Source: Takakia lepidozioides (taxonomy: Eukaryota > Plantae > Bryophyta). From it: a stretch of 64,000 bases of DNA. Below the pieces are notes generated by a model. It was given only the letters and a program-made list of their open reading frames with translations, made no database searches and had not been told where the DNA came from. Both the position numbers and the translations under genes were made by a program. How positions within the stretch are numbered: position 1 is the first letter of the stretch; each line of letters begins with the position of its first letter. Shown piece by piece: positions 1 to 14,167 of this stretch. The stretch spans positions 12,152,001 through 12,216,000 of the forward strand of contig CM060732.1 of the NCBI GenBank assembly GCA_030704615.1, given 5' to 3'.

Positions 1-2870
1 TACACGCTCACAAATAGAGATTTCGGAAGCTCTCAAGACCTTGGTGGGCATGAACAATGTAACCCAGATTTATTTTTGTTACACCCTCAGGGAGAAGACT
101 GTGAAGCACGAAGGTATAGTGCACCTCACAGGTGCAAACCCAGTTGCCTATGCTCAATGGTACAACAAGCCCCATGTGCTTCAGTACGATAAATTCATAG
201 ACTTCATGCCACATCCGTAAAGCATACTTGGTACAGTGCATGTTGCATCAGAAATCCTAAAGCGAATAGAGGTAGACAACATTAACCAAGCTTTGGCAAA
301 TACCGTGGAGTCTATCAATCTCCAAAGAGTGCATACTGCAACCACAGTGCCAAGAGATTCTGTGAGCAAAGTAAAATTCTTGGCGGCCGATATTGCAGAA
401 TTGATCGCGGACATTGACCAGCACTTCGCAACCCACCGCATCACAATCAAAGGTGATATGTCTAGCCTCGAAAGTCGCTTCAGCCAAGCCTTCTCTAGGA
501 AGAACGTCATCAACATTTCAAAAAATCTATCTCTGACAACTTGGCCCAAAACTTGCAAAGTTTCTAGGCACATGCTGAAACTCGTTCTCTGTAAAATCTT
601 TCATCTCCAATTTTTGGAGACATTTGTTTTTTTGGAAGACCTCCTGGAGCAACAGATCCATTAGTTATTTATTTATCTCATGCATTTTTCTTTGGTGGAG
701 TTCACAAGTAGTCACAGTACTTTGTAGAGTTTAATGGTTGGAGAAGACCGGAGTCACATCAAGAAAATGAAGCATCTGCTGAAGAAAGGGTCCCTCGATT
801 CCAATCAACAAATCCACGATATTGAGGCAGTTAATATCGCAGCAAACATCGTGGCTACTGAAGTGGAAGCGGGCTCTCAAATATTCTTTTCCCACGACCT
901 ATGAGGCTGCCTTCGAAAACCTAGTATCATCAGAAATTGAAATTGAAAGTGCATGATATTAAATTGGAAGTGTCATGCGACGAATTGTCCATCGAGTGTC
1001 CATGACACTTGTTCGTTGCCCAGGAGTTGGTGTCTGGCCAGGAGATCTTTATTTGTGCACACGTTCAAGAGACTTGGTCTCTAAGTTAGGTAGCGCGCGG
1101 TGTTTGTGCAATATTAACCTTTCTCTTAAGTGTTTTCTTGGTTGCAGACTTCCATATGAAACGTCGTCCAATGGGTATACACTTCTTCAGTTCTTCTATA
1201 TAGTCGGCTTCCCCTTGTGGCTCATAGCGTTCATCCCTGCACATTGAAAATAGAGCAATCATAACACACGTCACAATATGCGTTGAGGGTCGGCAAATTA
1301 GAGTGTATTGATAGAGCAAGGAAGATGTCATTGCAGTTTTGATGATGGAATTTGACGCTATAGAATAAGGTTTTCTCAAATTTTTGAGCATAGGCTATCG
1401 CTTTTGTTATTAGGTTTGCGTAGAAGGTAGGAAGGTGATTGATCAGAAGAAACAATAAAGCAATATTTTCTCATAGATGTCTTTTGTCTTCCAACGCAAC
1501 ACGATCGTGCTGCCTTCATGATCAAACAGAAAAGCCCCCAAGAAACATCTCCCTTTCCCAGATAAAGTTTTTTTACATCTTCATGACATTGCTCATCGTG
1601 TCTCATGTTTGTGGTGAAGAACCTCTTAAGGCGGGGATCCTCCATATGATTGAACCACTCGCGCATTAATCTCATGTTAGTGTTATAGATTTTCCACTGT
1701 GCAGGTTAATACTTCCTTAAGTATGCTTTTCCATGTATGACATCGCAAACGCTTTTTGAGGGCTTCTTTCCAAAGAGACGCTCGTAAGTAGGAACAACTT
1801 GAATATAAGCGTCTTCCGGCAAGGGGACAAGCTCCTTGAAACTCAAACACGGAAGAGTATTAGTAAATCAAATGTATTGTGTGAAAAGCTGATTAATAAT
1901 GGTAAGATATTTCACTATCACTATCAAAGAATTATCTACTTGGTTTTTTTAGGTTATGTAGATAATGACAAGACAACAAGAGGGAGACAAGGTGGAGAGT
2001 GTAAGAAAATGCCTACAACAATTGCAATCAAGTGAGGACAAAGTTACGCTAGAAAAGACCCAACTACCGAGATGAGTTGATCGAAAAAAATTATAATTGT
2101 TTTGTACAATTGGGGTGGGAGACTACAATGTTGATGTAAGTGTATTTGATTGTTTGCAAAAATATATGCAAAATGACAAATGTTTATGACGGTTTTCTCA
2201 ATGGAACGAGACGACACATTGTCCCATTTGCATTTCCCAATGGTTATCCGATTACTTGCAACTAGTACCGTACACGTGAATAAATGGATAAAATAATATA
2301 TAGGCTGAGATGTGTGTTCAGCACCTAGACACACAGTTATCTATACTTAGAAATGTATGCTAAGTAATCACATGAAAAACTTCGGACAACTGCACTTTCG
2401 GATCCTCTATAAAATATAACTACAGAGGACATGGAGGAAAGAAAAGAGCTATATATATCCATTGTATGGAAACGCGAAATTAACTGTCGGATTTGCTTAC
2501 CTCTTTCCAAGTTTTTGAGGAAGCTTTTATGTATGAAATCCATTAAAGACCATGGGAGTTCTTGGCATGTGCATTCTCATTCTCATGATGTTTATTATCA
2601 TGTTTGGAAAAGATTAGGTACATTCATTGGTACGGCATGCACTAGACTAAATGCAAAGCTTTACGACATAATATGTTACTTCCAAAGAAACGGACTTTCA
2701 GGATGCTATACTCAAGCTGGATTTCGGCCGCAATGATAGATACTTTGATACTAATGTGGACGTGGATCAGACGTTGAACCTTATTTTTTCCTCTTGCCGA
2801 TCATTTCGCTGATTGTTTTCAAAATCAAACCTCTACACTGGATTGTGGTCTTGTCCTATCGACAGTAATA

Positions 2871-3630
2871 TATCCATTCAGTATCTGACCGATATTTGTA
2901 CAATGTTATTTATTATTATTATTATTTTAAAAAGAATGTAAAATTATTTCCCTTATCTATTTCGCTCTTTCTGATTTTGAAGTCTTACCCTCCACAACAA
3001 GCTTGACTATTGATATTCTTGCATGAGATTTACTTCAATAAAAATATAGGAAAAGGATTTCCCAACAATGACATTCCATGAATATTCTCCACATAAGCTC
3101 ATAAGGGTCTTTGAATTGTTGCAAGACTCACATCTCTTACGGTTAAAAGCCAAAACAAATGGTAAATTTCATCTTTAGTTTCTGTATTGGAATTGAAGCA
3201 ATACTGTAAATTCCATCCATTGTTATTGGTAGGAACTATGAACCACTTGGGATCTGCTTCATTCAGTATCCATTCAGTATCTGACCAATATTTGTACAAT
3301 GTTATTTAAATTATTAAAAAAAAATGTAAAATTATCTCCCTTATCTATTTCGCTCTTTCTGATTTTGACAAGCTTGACTATTGATATTCTTGCATGAGAT
3401 TTACTTCAATAAAAATATAAGAAAAGGATTTCCCAACAATGACATTCCATGAATATTCTCCACATAAGCCATAAGGGTCTTTGAATTGTTGCAAGACTCA
3501 CATCTCTTACAGTTAAAAGCCAAAACAAATGGTAAATTTCATCTTTAGTTTCTGTATTGGAATTGAAGCAATACTGTAAATTCCATCCATTGTTATTAGT
3601 AGGAACTATGAACCACTTGGGATTTGCTCT
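2871..3630. repeat. Tandem duplication of a ~390 bp AT-rich unit (2871-3260 and 3267-3630)
   Basis: Both units begin tatccattcagtatctgacc(g/a)atatttgtacaatg and end aaccacttgggat(c/t)tgct. The second copy has a ~23 bp deletion. Confidence 0.9.
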
Positions 3631-4799
3631 ATAACTTGAATTTCTGGAGTTGTTGGTAATAAAGAGTTGACGAGGAAGCTTTTGTGTTTTTTGTGCATGT
3701 TATGTTGTAAAGAAAAGAAAATGGTTTTTTTTTTTTGTTGTAGTTTTTTTTCTCAAGGGTCAAAAGGTTCTTGAATAGATTTTTCTTTTTTGTGAACCTA
3801 TTGTCTTGGATTGGTTTATATCCTCAAGCTATGTTGGCATCTTTTGCTTTGTCTTGCTTAATCGAATTCCAACATCATGAGCCAAAATGGCGGCCACCCT
3901 ACCAATTAACATGCAAGTGGTCAACAAAATAGACCTATCTAAAATACTCTCATTTTCACACATAAAGATATTTTTCCATATATTTGAATGTGGTTACATT
4001 TAGTATGAAAGAGACCATCGATTGGCACTACTTTTGTCCAATTCCAACTACATATGGAACCATTATGCCACATGATGTCACAATGTGAACCGTAGATATC
4101 AATCGAAATCGCGTCGTGGTGTTTTGTTGCCTCTGACCATTGTTGTAAAGAGGTTTGCAGTGGCAAGCTGGGTATCTGCAGGTTGACGACGACTCTCTAG
4201 TTTTGTAGCTTGCATTCGACGACTCTCCATCTCCAACTCTCCCAATTGCAGATTTATTCGTTCATTTGACTCAATGACCATTGTGGTCATATTCTCATTG
4301 CTGTCACGGACATAGCCCAGAGGAACTTACCAGGAGTAAATATCAGAAGTTACTAAGTTAATAAATCTTTTGTGAGTTTAACAATTTATTTCTTAAAGAT
4401 AACCAATGACAACATATAAATGGGTGCACATGTGTATCTGAATTCTTTTTATATATTTGAATATGTTGAGTACGAGATTAGGTTTGGATTTAGATTTTCT
4501 TATTGTATGTTTTTTTTTAATTTTTGTTTTTAAGAACAGGGACTTTGCCCTGGAAGCTTTATTTATGGTTATTTTTGGTGGGGAAAAAAGTAAAACCCCT
4601 AAAAGTACCATGAAGGTATACACACCATAGACAGTGAATGGCGAATCGACCTCATATTAGAGAATTCCAAAAAATTAGAGCATCATGCCTAATGTAGTGC
4701 TGAGTGAGTAGCTCACCCAGGGAGCTTGTAGCAAGCCGCAGTCTAAGAACAAGTGTAGGTTTTGCTAGTAGAGGTAGAGTCCTAGCGAAGAGCTTGATG

Positions 4800-5800
4800 A
4801 TGACTACTACGCTACTGCTATCAATCTGTTCTTGGAATGTCAACGAAACTTGAGTCTCGCAGCTGACTTGATGTGGCGCTAGTTAATGTCTCTGTCATAT
4901 TCGGGGGAGAGAGTGGATGGCCGTTCTGAGCCCCCTCCAAGCGTCTGGTGGGCTGGCAGCCCAGTTGCATTCGCTTGGTGAAGTGGTAGTGCAGATGTGC
5001 CCTTGCTTGCCCCATGACGATCTAAAGTCTGCATGCAGGTTGGTTGCTTGTTGAGGGTGTTTGTCCATTTCTGCACATAGTTTTACCCATGCTTTTCTAG
5101 CATCAATCTGCATATCCCAAAAAATGCGAGCTAATACTGCGGATAGTGACAAACTTTCACCAAAGAGTGATCAGGAGCAGCGTACTTTCTATAGTTGCCA
5201 TAGTGTAGAAACCCGGAGGCTTTCAAAAACTGGGCAATCAAAGGGCTTTCGATTTGGAATTTGTGTCATAATTTAAAAGTAATGTGAGTGGCGTTTGTGG
5301 TTGGGTATCCCAGATGGTGTAGAAAGCTTTTATGATTCTCTAGATTGATTCTGGGCCCTGGTACAAGAGGAGGCAGTGTTCTAAAGATTCTAGCACTCAT
5401 GCGGAGCAACCTGAGCATAAAAGAGCACCCTGGAATTGAAGCCATTCCCCCACCTTGAGCAATCGATTGGCAATTTGCCATAGGAATGCAGACATTTTTG
5501 TAGATTTGGTCTTGCTCCAGATGTTGCTCCAGATCGCTTTCCAGTTTTCATTGGCAAAGCCATAGTCCTGCCATTTAACATTCCACTTGGAGTGGAGAGG
5601 GTTAAGTTTGGCCAGTGTTCTGCGGGCTTTTTTTGCCGAGTAGTTGAAGAAGGGGACTTGGGATTGGCCAAAGGCACATGTCCATTCCTTAGGGTCAAAT
5701 TGCAGGTCTGTCAGCGGCCTTCCTAAAATCCAGATGAAGTTGTTTGCCATTAGTTTGAGTAAGGGATCCATCAGTGTAATGAGAGTTCGCAGGGGGATAT
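4800..5800 (-). mobile_element. 3' fragment of an L1-like LINE ORF2 (zf-RVT region), degenerate
   Basis: WKAIWSNIWSKTKSTKMSAFLWQIANRLL...C..C is a zf-RVT pattern. Downstream IFWDMQIDARKAW parallels IFFDLLTEGKKAW in the LINE at 24159-24491. Confidence 0.75.
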
Positions 5801-6059
5801 TTGAGGGGGTAGGATTGCTGATAGAACGAAGGAATGAGGGGGATGGGGTTTGTTGGTGTGGCCTGTGGGGGCCATTGCAGTGCCTCGATCCAGGCTTTAT
5901 TTGTTTTAATTCGGGGGAGGAAGGTAGGTATATTTGTACAATGGGAGATATGCGGGTGATGGATGATGGCCTTTATTTTATAAGTAACAGTTAATAGATG
6001 TTATAGTTTATGGTAGAAAGGTGTGGGTATGGCAGCGTAGTGGTATGGGTATATTTAAG

Positions 6060-7340
6060 CTAGTTTGGGTCAATTGTGGCTAATAGCTTGACCTCCGTAG
6101 AGAGGCGTAGAAGTGGATGGGAGGTTAGTGGGTTGGAGTAGTATGAATGAGTGATCTGGAATGTCTTGATAAGTAAGGTGAGAATATCTTGGGGAATAGT
6201 GTGATGTGCGCTTGCCGTTTCTGGCCGTGCAAGGGAGCGTGGTTTTTTAGGTGGAATGTCTTTGAGATAGCGGTTGATAAGCCAATATACTTCTGTGGCG
6301 AAATCTTGTTTAGGAGGAAGTAGATCTTGTGAGTATGTCTTTGGGGCAGAGTACTTGCTCCATAGCCATGTTAATCTATCGGTGGGGATGAGCCCTCTGT
6401 AGCGGCCATTTTGTGCATATATACTAGCAAGGCGGGGGCCCATGCGGATTAAAGGTTGAGCATGTTGGATATCTTTGTCCGGGTTACATTCAGCTATGCA
6501 TATGTGTACGTTGGGGGCTGAGATCGGTTTATGAATGTATCTATTGTCTGTATGCTGAATGGGTGTGGCATATTGTTGGTGAATATGTGTTAGGTAGTCA
6601 GTGTTAGTGGTTTTGTAGAACATGGTGAGAAGGGTGAGATTGTGGTCTGGATCACAATCGTCATGTGGGCCAAATAGATCATCTTCTATTTGCCATGTGT
6701 TGTCGTCGTCAGGGTAGTCTAGCAATGGTAGTATGTGTCAACACAGGTGGCCCCAAAGGCGTCGATTGACGTTTGGGTTTTAATACCTAGTATGGCTTCA
6801 ATGACATAGACATCCGGGTTATCAAAGTTATGCGGGGAGATAGGGTGAGGCATTGTGGGGGAATGGGGGGTGGGTGGAAGTATCTCGTGTATTGGCTGGG
6901 GGGAAGAGTTGTTGGTTGGCATAATGTGTTGCATGGCAGATCCTTGAGGAAGGGGATCAGGATCCGTAGATGTGGGGGTGTTAGCGGTGTTTGATGTGCA
7001 GAGCTTCTGGTAAATGGAGGTGGTTGGGGTGGACCTATATTGAGGGAGCAAATCTTGGGCCGTGTGTGGGTAGTAAGGGCAGGGAAGATCACAATCAAAG
7101 GTGCATGCCAAGATGGGTGACAGAAGAGTGTGCGAAGGTGTTGTAAGTACCGGTTAGTTTTGGTTGTAACACGCGAGAATTTAGTAGTGAATTCACTTGG
7201 CCTGTTGCTGTGGTAAGTTGGGTACTGGTAAACCGCATATGCGTTTGGTAAGATGAATGAATTTTTTGTCGAGTTTTTTGATATCTGGTAGGGAGAAGGG
7301 TGTAGCGTGGAATGCATATTGAATTTGGGTTTGTAAGACT
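6060..7340 (-). mobile_element. Non-LTR retrotransposon relic: post-RT region, chromodomain and PCIF1-like methyltransferase N-half
   Basis: An unlisted frame at 7200-7320 reads YAFHATPFSLPDIKKLDKKFIHLTKRICGLP, typical of the LINE RT thumb. Then VYVIEAILG...YYHC/LDYPDDDNTWQIEDDL (chromodomain with a frameshift near 6722). Then LWSKY...FATEVYWLINRY...HTIPQDILTLLIKTFQITHSYYSNPLT. Confidence 0.6.
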
Positions 7341-7798
7341 GATTGAATAATTGATATTTATATCCGGCGGATACATAAAACGGAGGATTCGGATAGGATC
7401 CTACCCGCTGGATATAAAAAAGATTAATAATCGGATTATATCCGGATATGTAGCATCCGGATACTAAATACCGAAATATTAATAAAGAGTAAAATCAATA
7501 AAATATTAATAATTTTTATTAGAATTATAATTATTTAAATTTATTAAATGAAAAATTTAAAAGTCATTATTTTTATGATTTATAGATCCGGATTACTCTA
7601 TTACCGCCGGATATTATAATCTAAATATCCGGACTTATTTATATCCGACAGATTTTAAAAAACCTAGTATGCATAACCGGCGGATATTAGAAATGCAGAT
7701 TATTCTAATATCCGGATCCGCATGATATATCATTCTCTAATTTGTCAAGTATCCGGACCCGGCGGATATTAAAAAAAGCTAAGAACCGCCCAACGCTG
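7340..7798 (-). mobile_element. Orphan hAT-like terminus with ATCCGG/CCGGAT subterminal repeats
   Basis: AT-rich block with many atccgg/cggat motifs. It ends in ...accgcccaacgctg (reverse complement CAGCGTTGGGCGG), a hAT-like CAG-starting TIR. No partner end was found. Confidence 0.5.
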
Positions 7799-8939
7799 GA
7801 ATGTACTAGGGCTCACACGAAAAAATTGCTTGAATCGTAATGGATCATAATAGGGTATATCTTCAATATACCAACCAAACCATTCTATAGAACGTGGTTT
7901 GATATACCATGGACAACTAATACGTTGATGCTTAGAAAGCTATAATGCAGTAAGCATTTGTGAGAAAATGGGAAATATTCACTCTACAAATGACAATTTT
8001 TCTACCTAGATATTGGCAGCACCACCTTAAAGCTCCATTGGCATAATAATATCCTTCATGGCTTGCATCACAATAATCCATACTAATAAAACAATGATAT
8101 GTATTTGAAGTCTTGACAAGACCATGATCAGGTTGTGAGAGAACACAACGCGAGGGAATAACCAAAAAATGGAAAAGGTTCTTATGGAGTTTGTGGTCCG
8201 ATAAGTGCGTGATAAATGACAAGAGAGAGAGAACTCTTGCATGATGTGAAAACAAGCTTGCGAGACTAGTCTATAGTTAGAGAAATCAAAGACACACATA
8301 ATACAAAAGATAATGTCGAGTGTAAAAGAAATAGTGGGACCATTGGATGAAATTTTGATATTTTCATCCCAAAGCTCAATTAATTGTCATTTAGTATGTC
8401 GGGGGGCCCACCTGGCCACCAAGTGCCACGAATTAAAGGGGCCGGATGGGATGGTCTCCTTGGAAACCCCCCTAGCATTTTTAAGGGGCGATTCCCTCCT
8501 GGGGTCGCTTGCTTAGGGGCGCGTTTGGGAGTGCCCATGGAACCCGGCCCTAAGTTTCAACCTATCTCATGAAGACTATCATTTCACGACTTGTCTTTAG
8601 AGTACTTTGGGGCATCAGCAAAGGCCCATCATAAACAGTAGATTTAATACTGTATCTAGGGAGATTATCACAACATCCTCAAGTGCAAGAAGATTTCATC
8701 AGCGGTGTGACTGACTCGACGCGATATGACTATAGGATTGGCAGGCAGCAATATGAATGGAAGATCTTTCGAAAATATGGTACCGAATCCGTATTGTAAA
8801 GATCCATGTCATTCTTCACCGTTCGAAGATCATTTGGTTAGTCCTTCAGCATTCTATGTCGAGATCAATCTTGAGTCTCTAAGTAGACTGTTCCTGGTTG
8901 TCTCTGCGCAAGGATAAGCTGTAAAGCTCACGTGGTGGC

Positions 8940-9602
8940 TGAAAAAGATCTGACTCTCTTTCCTCAGTCCAACTACAGAACAAATTCAGGCCCTTTTCTT
9001 ATCTTGCCGTTCATAGGGAATCTATCAGGATCCCAAGAAAATTGCTTGCTTGAATCAACGCCAATACGGACTCATGTGACCATTTTCTTTTATTCTAGTC
9101 ACTGTTCATTGACTCAGATCGTAATAGAGATCACCCCACTCCACGATCGTTCACCCTTGTTCTTCACGAAAGCATATTCACAAGTCTTAAAGCGAACCTT
9201 TCTTGTTCCAAGCTATTCACAGGGTTTACACCATCACTCTATACAAAAGAGAAATCACAGTCCCTGCCGCTGCAAGGCATCAAAGCCAGTGATGTCTATT
9301 CCAACATCAACCTACACTCTAAAAGCACAGCACCGGCTATAGCATCCGGTCCACCCAGCCACCACGCCATGGTACACACAGATTTCCTGTCGATGCAAAT
9401 CTGCTCTAGACGCCTGTACGCCATCATCATTTCTTCAACCATCTTGCCATCTCCACGCACACAACATTCAATCCCTAGTTCTGGATCTCTTCATGCACGC
9501 GAGCCTGCTCCATTTTACCTACAACTGTCAGTTCGGCGATATTCTAGCAATCTCTTGTTATAAACTGGTTGACAGGTCGATCTTCGTTCCTAGCACATAA
9601 CA
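8940..9602 (-). repeat. 3' LTR of the chromovirus
   Basis: Direct repeat of 14182-14847; by manual count ~18 substitutions and one 3 bp indel. The PPT (minus strand gggaggaggaatt) is adjacent at 9603-9615. Confidence 0.95.
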
Positions 9603-12600
9603 AATTCCTCCTCCCAAAGACAGGTCATTGTCCTCAATGACAGAAAATGAGGGGTAACTCAATGTCAATTCATTTTCCTTCTCCCAAGTAGCTTCTATCT
9701 CTGGGTAATGCAACCACTTAATCAAATGTTCTTTCCAAGAACGGTTGCGCAGGTGCTTCACTCGCGTTTCTAGAATCTTTTCGGGTTCAGCCATCAGCTG
9801 ACCATCATTCATGGCTTGAGGCAACGTCGGCAAGATATGTGATGGGTCTGACATATACCTCCGGAGAAGGCTGACATGGAAAGTTTTATGGATCTTCCAT
9901 GTTGGAGGCAGATCCAACTCATAGGCCACTGTGCCATGGCGTTCCAGGATTTTAAACGGGCCACAAAACCTTGGTGACAACTTATAACACTTGCCCAGTG
10001 TTAGATTGCTTCTTTTAGGTGTAACTTTCAAAAACACCATATCACCAATGGCAAATTCACGAAAAGTTCTGTGCTTATCAGCAAAGAACTTGGCCCGTTC
10101 TTGTGCAGCTTGCATACTACGCTTCACCAGATCTAGGACAGAGTGGATCTCTTTGATTCTGTCATTCACACTCTGCACATTTGATGGTGGTGTAATAAGC
10201 AAAGCAGGAGCCAAGCAATCTTGTCCATATAAAGCTTCAAATGGGCTCATGCCAATGGCACTGTGGAAATGCTTGTTATAAGCAAATTCCACCATATATA
10301 GATATTGTTCCCAAGAGGACTGTCTTTCACCAACGTACATCCTCAACATATCTTCTATTGTACGGTTGGTCCTTTTTGTTTGAGCATCTGTTTCTGGGTG
10401 AAAGGCCGTACTCAGTTTCACCTTGGTTCCCAATTTCTTGAACAAGTCAATCCAAAAATGACTTGTAAACTTTGAGTCCCTGTCACAAATAATCTCCCGA
10501 GGCAGACCATGGATCCTGAATATCTCTTTCATGTACAAGGATGCAACATCAGATGCCGTAGCACTCATCCTTGTAGGTATCAAGTGGGCTATCTTAGACA
10601 GCCTATCTACAACCACCATGATACTGTCATGGCCATTTCTGGTCCTGGGCAATGCCACAATGAAATCCATGCTAATGGATTCCCAATTCCATCCAGGAAC
10701 AGATAAAGGTTGTAATAATCCAGGAGGTCTGACTCTCTTTGACTTCGAAACCTGACATGAGAAATAATTCTGCACATACTCTTTAGTTTCTCTCTTCATA
10801 CCTGGCCAAAAATAGTGCTTCCGTATTGACCAATAGATTCTCTGAAAGCCCGGATGTCCAAAGATTGTGACTGTCATGAATAATCCGCAATCTCAAGTCT
10901 GGAATCAGGGGAACACACAGCCGACCATCATAAAATAACACCCCATCTCTCAAGAGGTATGGCCGGTACTTCTCTTTCTCAATAGAAGTTCTTTGGTCAC
11001 GAGACAAACTCTTGAATGGCTCTTTGAAGAATTCATCGACCTCATAGTGACCTTTAATGTCTTGAAATATAGTGCTACTGACGCATGAGACAACATTAGC
11101 TTGTAATGGTCTCCTAGAAAGTGCATCAGCAATCACATTCTCTCTCCCCTTGACATACTTTAGGTCATAATAGAACTGCTGAAGCAGTTCTGACCACCTA
11201 ATCTGCCTCTGACTCAAATGAGGTTGTGTGGTCAAGTATTTCAAACTATGATGGTCAGTCTCTATCACAAAATCAACTGGAAGCAGGTAATGCCTCCATA
11301 TCTTCAGAGCATGAACTATTGCCAACTGTTCTTTCTCATGAGTTGGGTAATTCTTTTCCGCTGGACTGATCTTTCGAGATTCGTAGGCAATCACTTGCCC
11401 ATCTTGCATCAGCACAGCCCCAATAGCAAAATCACTTGCATCGGTACACAGTACGATTGCTCCTTTCATAGGGTCGAGCAATCTCAGTACATGAGCATGT
11501 GTCAAAGCAAACTTCAATTTCTCGAAACTGTTATCACATTCTCTTGTCCAGACGTCCCTCAAGCTTACAGGACTCGAGTCCTTAAGCAGGTCAGTCAATG
11601 GGGCTGTAATCTGTGAAAAAGATTTGACAAACTTCCGTAGGAAGCTAGCAAACCCAATAAAGCTCCTGACCTCAGTCTTATCACTTGGTTTAGGCCATTC
11701 AACCAATGTCTGGACTTTCTTAGGATCAATTGAGATTCCATCTTTGGAGATGCAAAATCCCAAGTAATCCATGTGGTCTACAAAAAACTCACACTTGCTT
11801 CTCTTAGCAAACATGTGGTTCTCTCTCAGTATGTCTAAAACCAAGCGTAAATGCGGTTCATGTTCTTCTTCAGACTTCGAGTATATTAGTATATCATCCA
11901 TGTAGACTAGGACCATCTTCCCCAAATATTTCTGGAACAGAGAATTCATCAGATGAGTAAATGTTGTTGGAGCATTCGTGAGCCCAAATGGCATCACCAA
12001 GAATTCGTAATGACCAAAACGAGATCGAAATCATGTCTTTGGTATGTCAGAATTCTTGATCCGTATCTGATGATATCCAGACCGAAGATCAAGTTTTGAA
12101 AAAACCTGACTCCCATATAGATAGTCAAACAAATCATCCACACGAGGCAAATGAAACTTATTCTTGATGGTGACCTTATTCAACCATCTATAGTCCACAC
12201 ACAGTCTCAAAGTCCCGTCTTTCTTCTTCTTAAACATTACAGGGGCACCCCAAGGGGATTTACTTGGACGTATATACCTCTTTTCCAACAGGTCATTCAA
12301 CTGCCTTTCTAACTCTTCACTTTCTGTAATTGAATGCCTGTACGGTGCCCTTCCAACCGGTACAACATCTGACATCAACTCGATAACATGATCAACCTCC
12401 CGTTCAGGGGGCATCCCATGGATCTCATCAGGAAACATATCTTTATATTCATTCAAGATTAGGCCAAGTCTGGGATGTGACTTCCCTTCTCCCTGATTTG
12501 TTTCCAAGACCTCATGCAAGCTAACAGTAAAAAACTGAGCATTTTCCCTCCGCATACATCTCTTCATCTGAATAGCTGACAAGACAGGTACATTGGGAAG

Positions 12601-13974
12601 AGCTCTAGTACCTTTGATATTGAATCCCTTCCCGTTGGGCAAGGTACCACTAACCAGTCCGGATTTGCAAGCCACCACAGCATCAACCGGATCCAGCCAC
12701 CGCATGCCAAGGATGCAGTCATACCGAGCTCCTAGACCTCGAAGTCAGCCATAGTTTGTACTCCTTGCATGACCATCGGTACCTTTGGGATGTGTTTGTG
12801 CGTAGAATCCACGCCACCATCTGGTAACAGGATTTGACAGGGTTGCATGTCTTCTTGAACTAGTCCCAACTTGTCAGCAAAATCTTTTGACAACAGGTTA
12901 TGAGTGCTGCCTGTATCAATCAGCACTTAAGTGGGAATTCCAGCCACTCTCCCCTGAACCTGTATCACACTGGGGTCATGCTCTATTTGGTCTCCAATGA
13001 TAGCTGCAGAAACCTTTCCCTTTTCCTTGTCCTGACTTCTCCCCAGTTTCAACAACCGCACAAGGTTCTGCAGGTTCTTCAACTATCAAGGCGGCTGTCT
13101 GTCGAGCCTGACGATAATTCGGGTACTTCACACACTCAGCAGCTCTGTGTCCGGGTTCATGGCACAAGAAATACAAACCCTTACGCCTGTGTTCTTCCTG
13201 CTCTTTGAAACTGAGCCTTGGAGGAGCCCTCATGGGCGGTCTCCGTGTAGCTTGATCCCCCACCTTCTTAAACGGTTTAAATCTCTTCCAATTCCCTCTC
13301 TTCACTGGTGATTGCCAAAGACCAGATGATCTAGGCTTGAACTCTGCCGTGCCACGAGCAAAATTCGAAGAACGTTGTGCCCTCACTTTGTTCTTAAAAT
13401 TACAGGCCAAACGATATGCTTCTGCCTCGGTACGAGGGTTGTGGGCTTTGACCTTAAATTTGAGATAATCACTGAGGCCGTCAACAAAAAAATCAACTCT
13501 GTCCTCTTCACTCAACGAGGGGAAATAACTGGCTAAGAACAGTGTCTTAAACATAGCCCAACTATCTACATGTGGTTTCTTGTGTTCACGGCGTTCTTGC
13601 TTCTGGCGCGACCACCATAGCTTAGCGGCATCATGGAGCTGTAGAGCAGCTGTCTGTATCTTGGCTTCCTGTGAATAATCGTCCTCAAAGAACTCTTTTA
13701 ATGTATCCAGGAAAGACAATATTTCCTCGGGCTTGACAGATGGCTTACCATAAAATTCTGGCAATTTCACCAATCTTCTGATTTCCCTGGTGACATCCTT
13801 GCTTCTTTTCATCTTGGCCTCATGGGAGTCGGCCTTAGATTTGTCCTCATTCAGTGGCTCACTCATAGGCAGCTCCCTAGATCGCTTTTCAGTTTGAGTT
13901 TGTGCAGGGGCCAATTTCTGTATCTCAGATCGAATCAAAGTACCTAAGGCCTCCATCTGTTTCTGGGAAAACAA
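9603..13974 (-). pseudogene. gag-pol of the chromovirus (frameshifts and stops)
   Basis: Gag with degenerate knuckle YFLCHEPGHRAAEC; protease LIDTGSTHN; [11 protein letters not shown]...YMDDILIYS; RNase H TDASDFAIGAVL; integrase SMDFI...CDRDSKF...GPF; chromodomain EPEKILETR...LIKW...EATWE. Confidence 0.93.
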
Positions 13975-14167
13975 CTGACTTCCATGTTCACGATCTGAAG
14001 CTCGGTGCAGACTGGCTGCATCTCACGGTCTCCTGCCATTTCACTATCCTGATCGTCGTCACCGGGGTGTGTGCTCATAGAGCCGAACGAGATCTGGCTC
14101 ATTCACACGATTACCCTACTTCTGGAAATTCCGAAATTCACAATCTGTTCTCCCCGATCGCAAAACG

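Noticed and set aside
8932-9563. Plus-strand ORFs duplicated at 14246-14817
   Set aside because: They are incidental frames inside the two LTRs.
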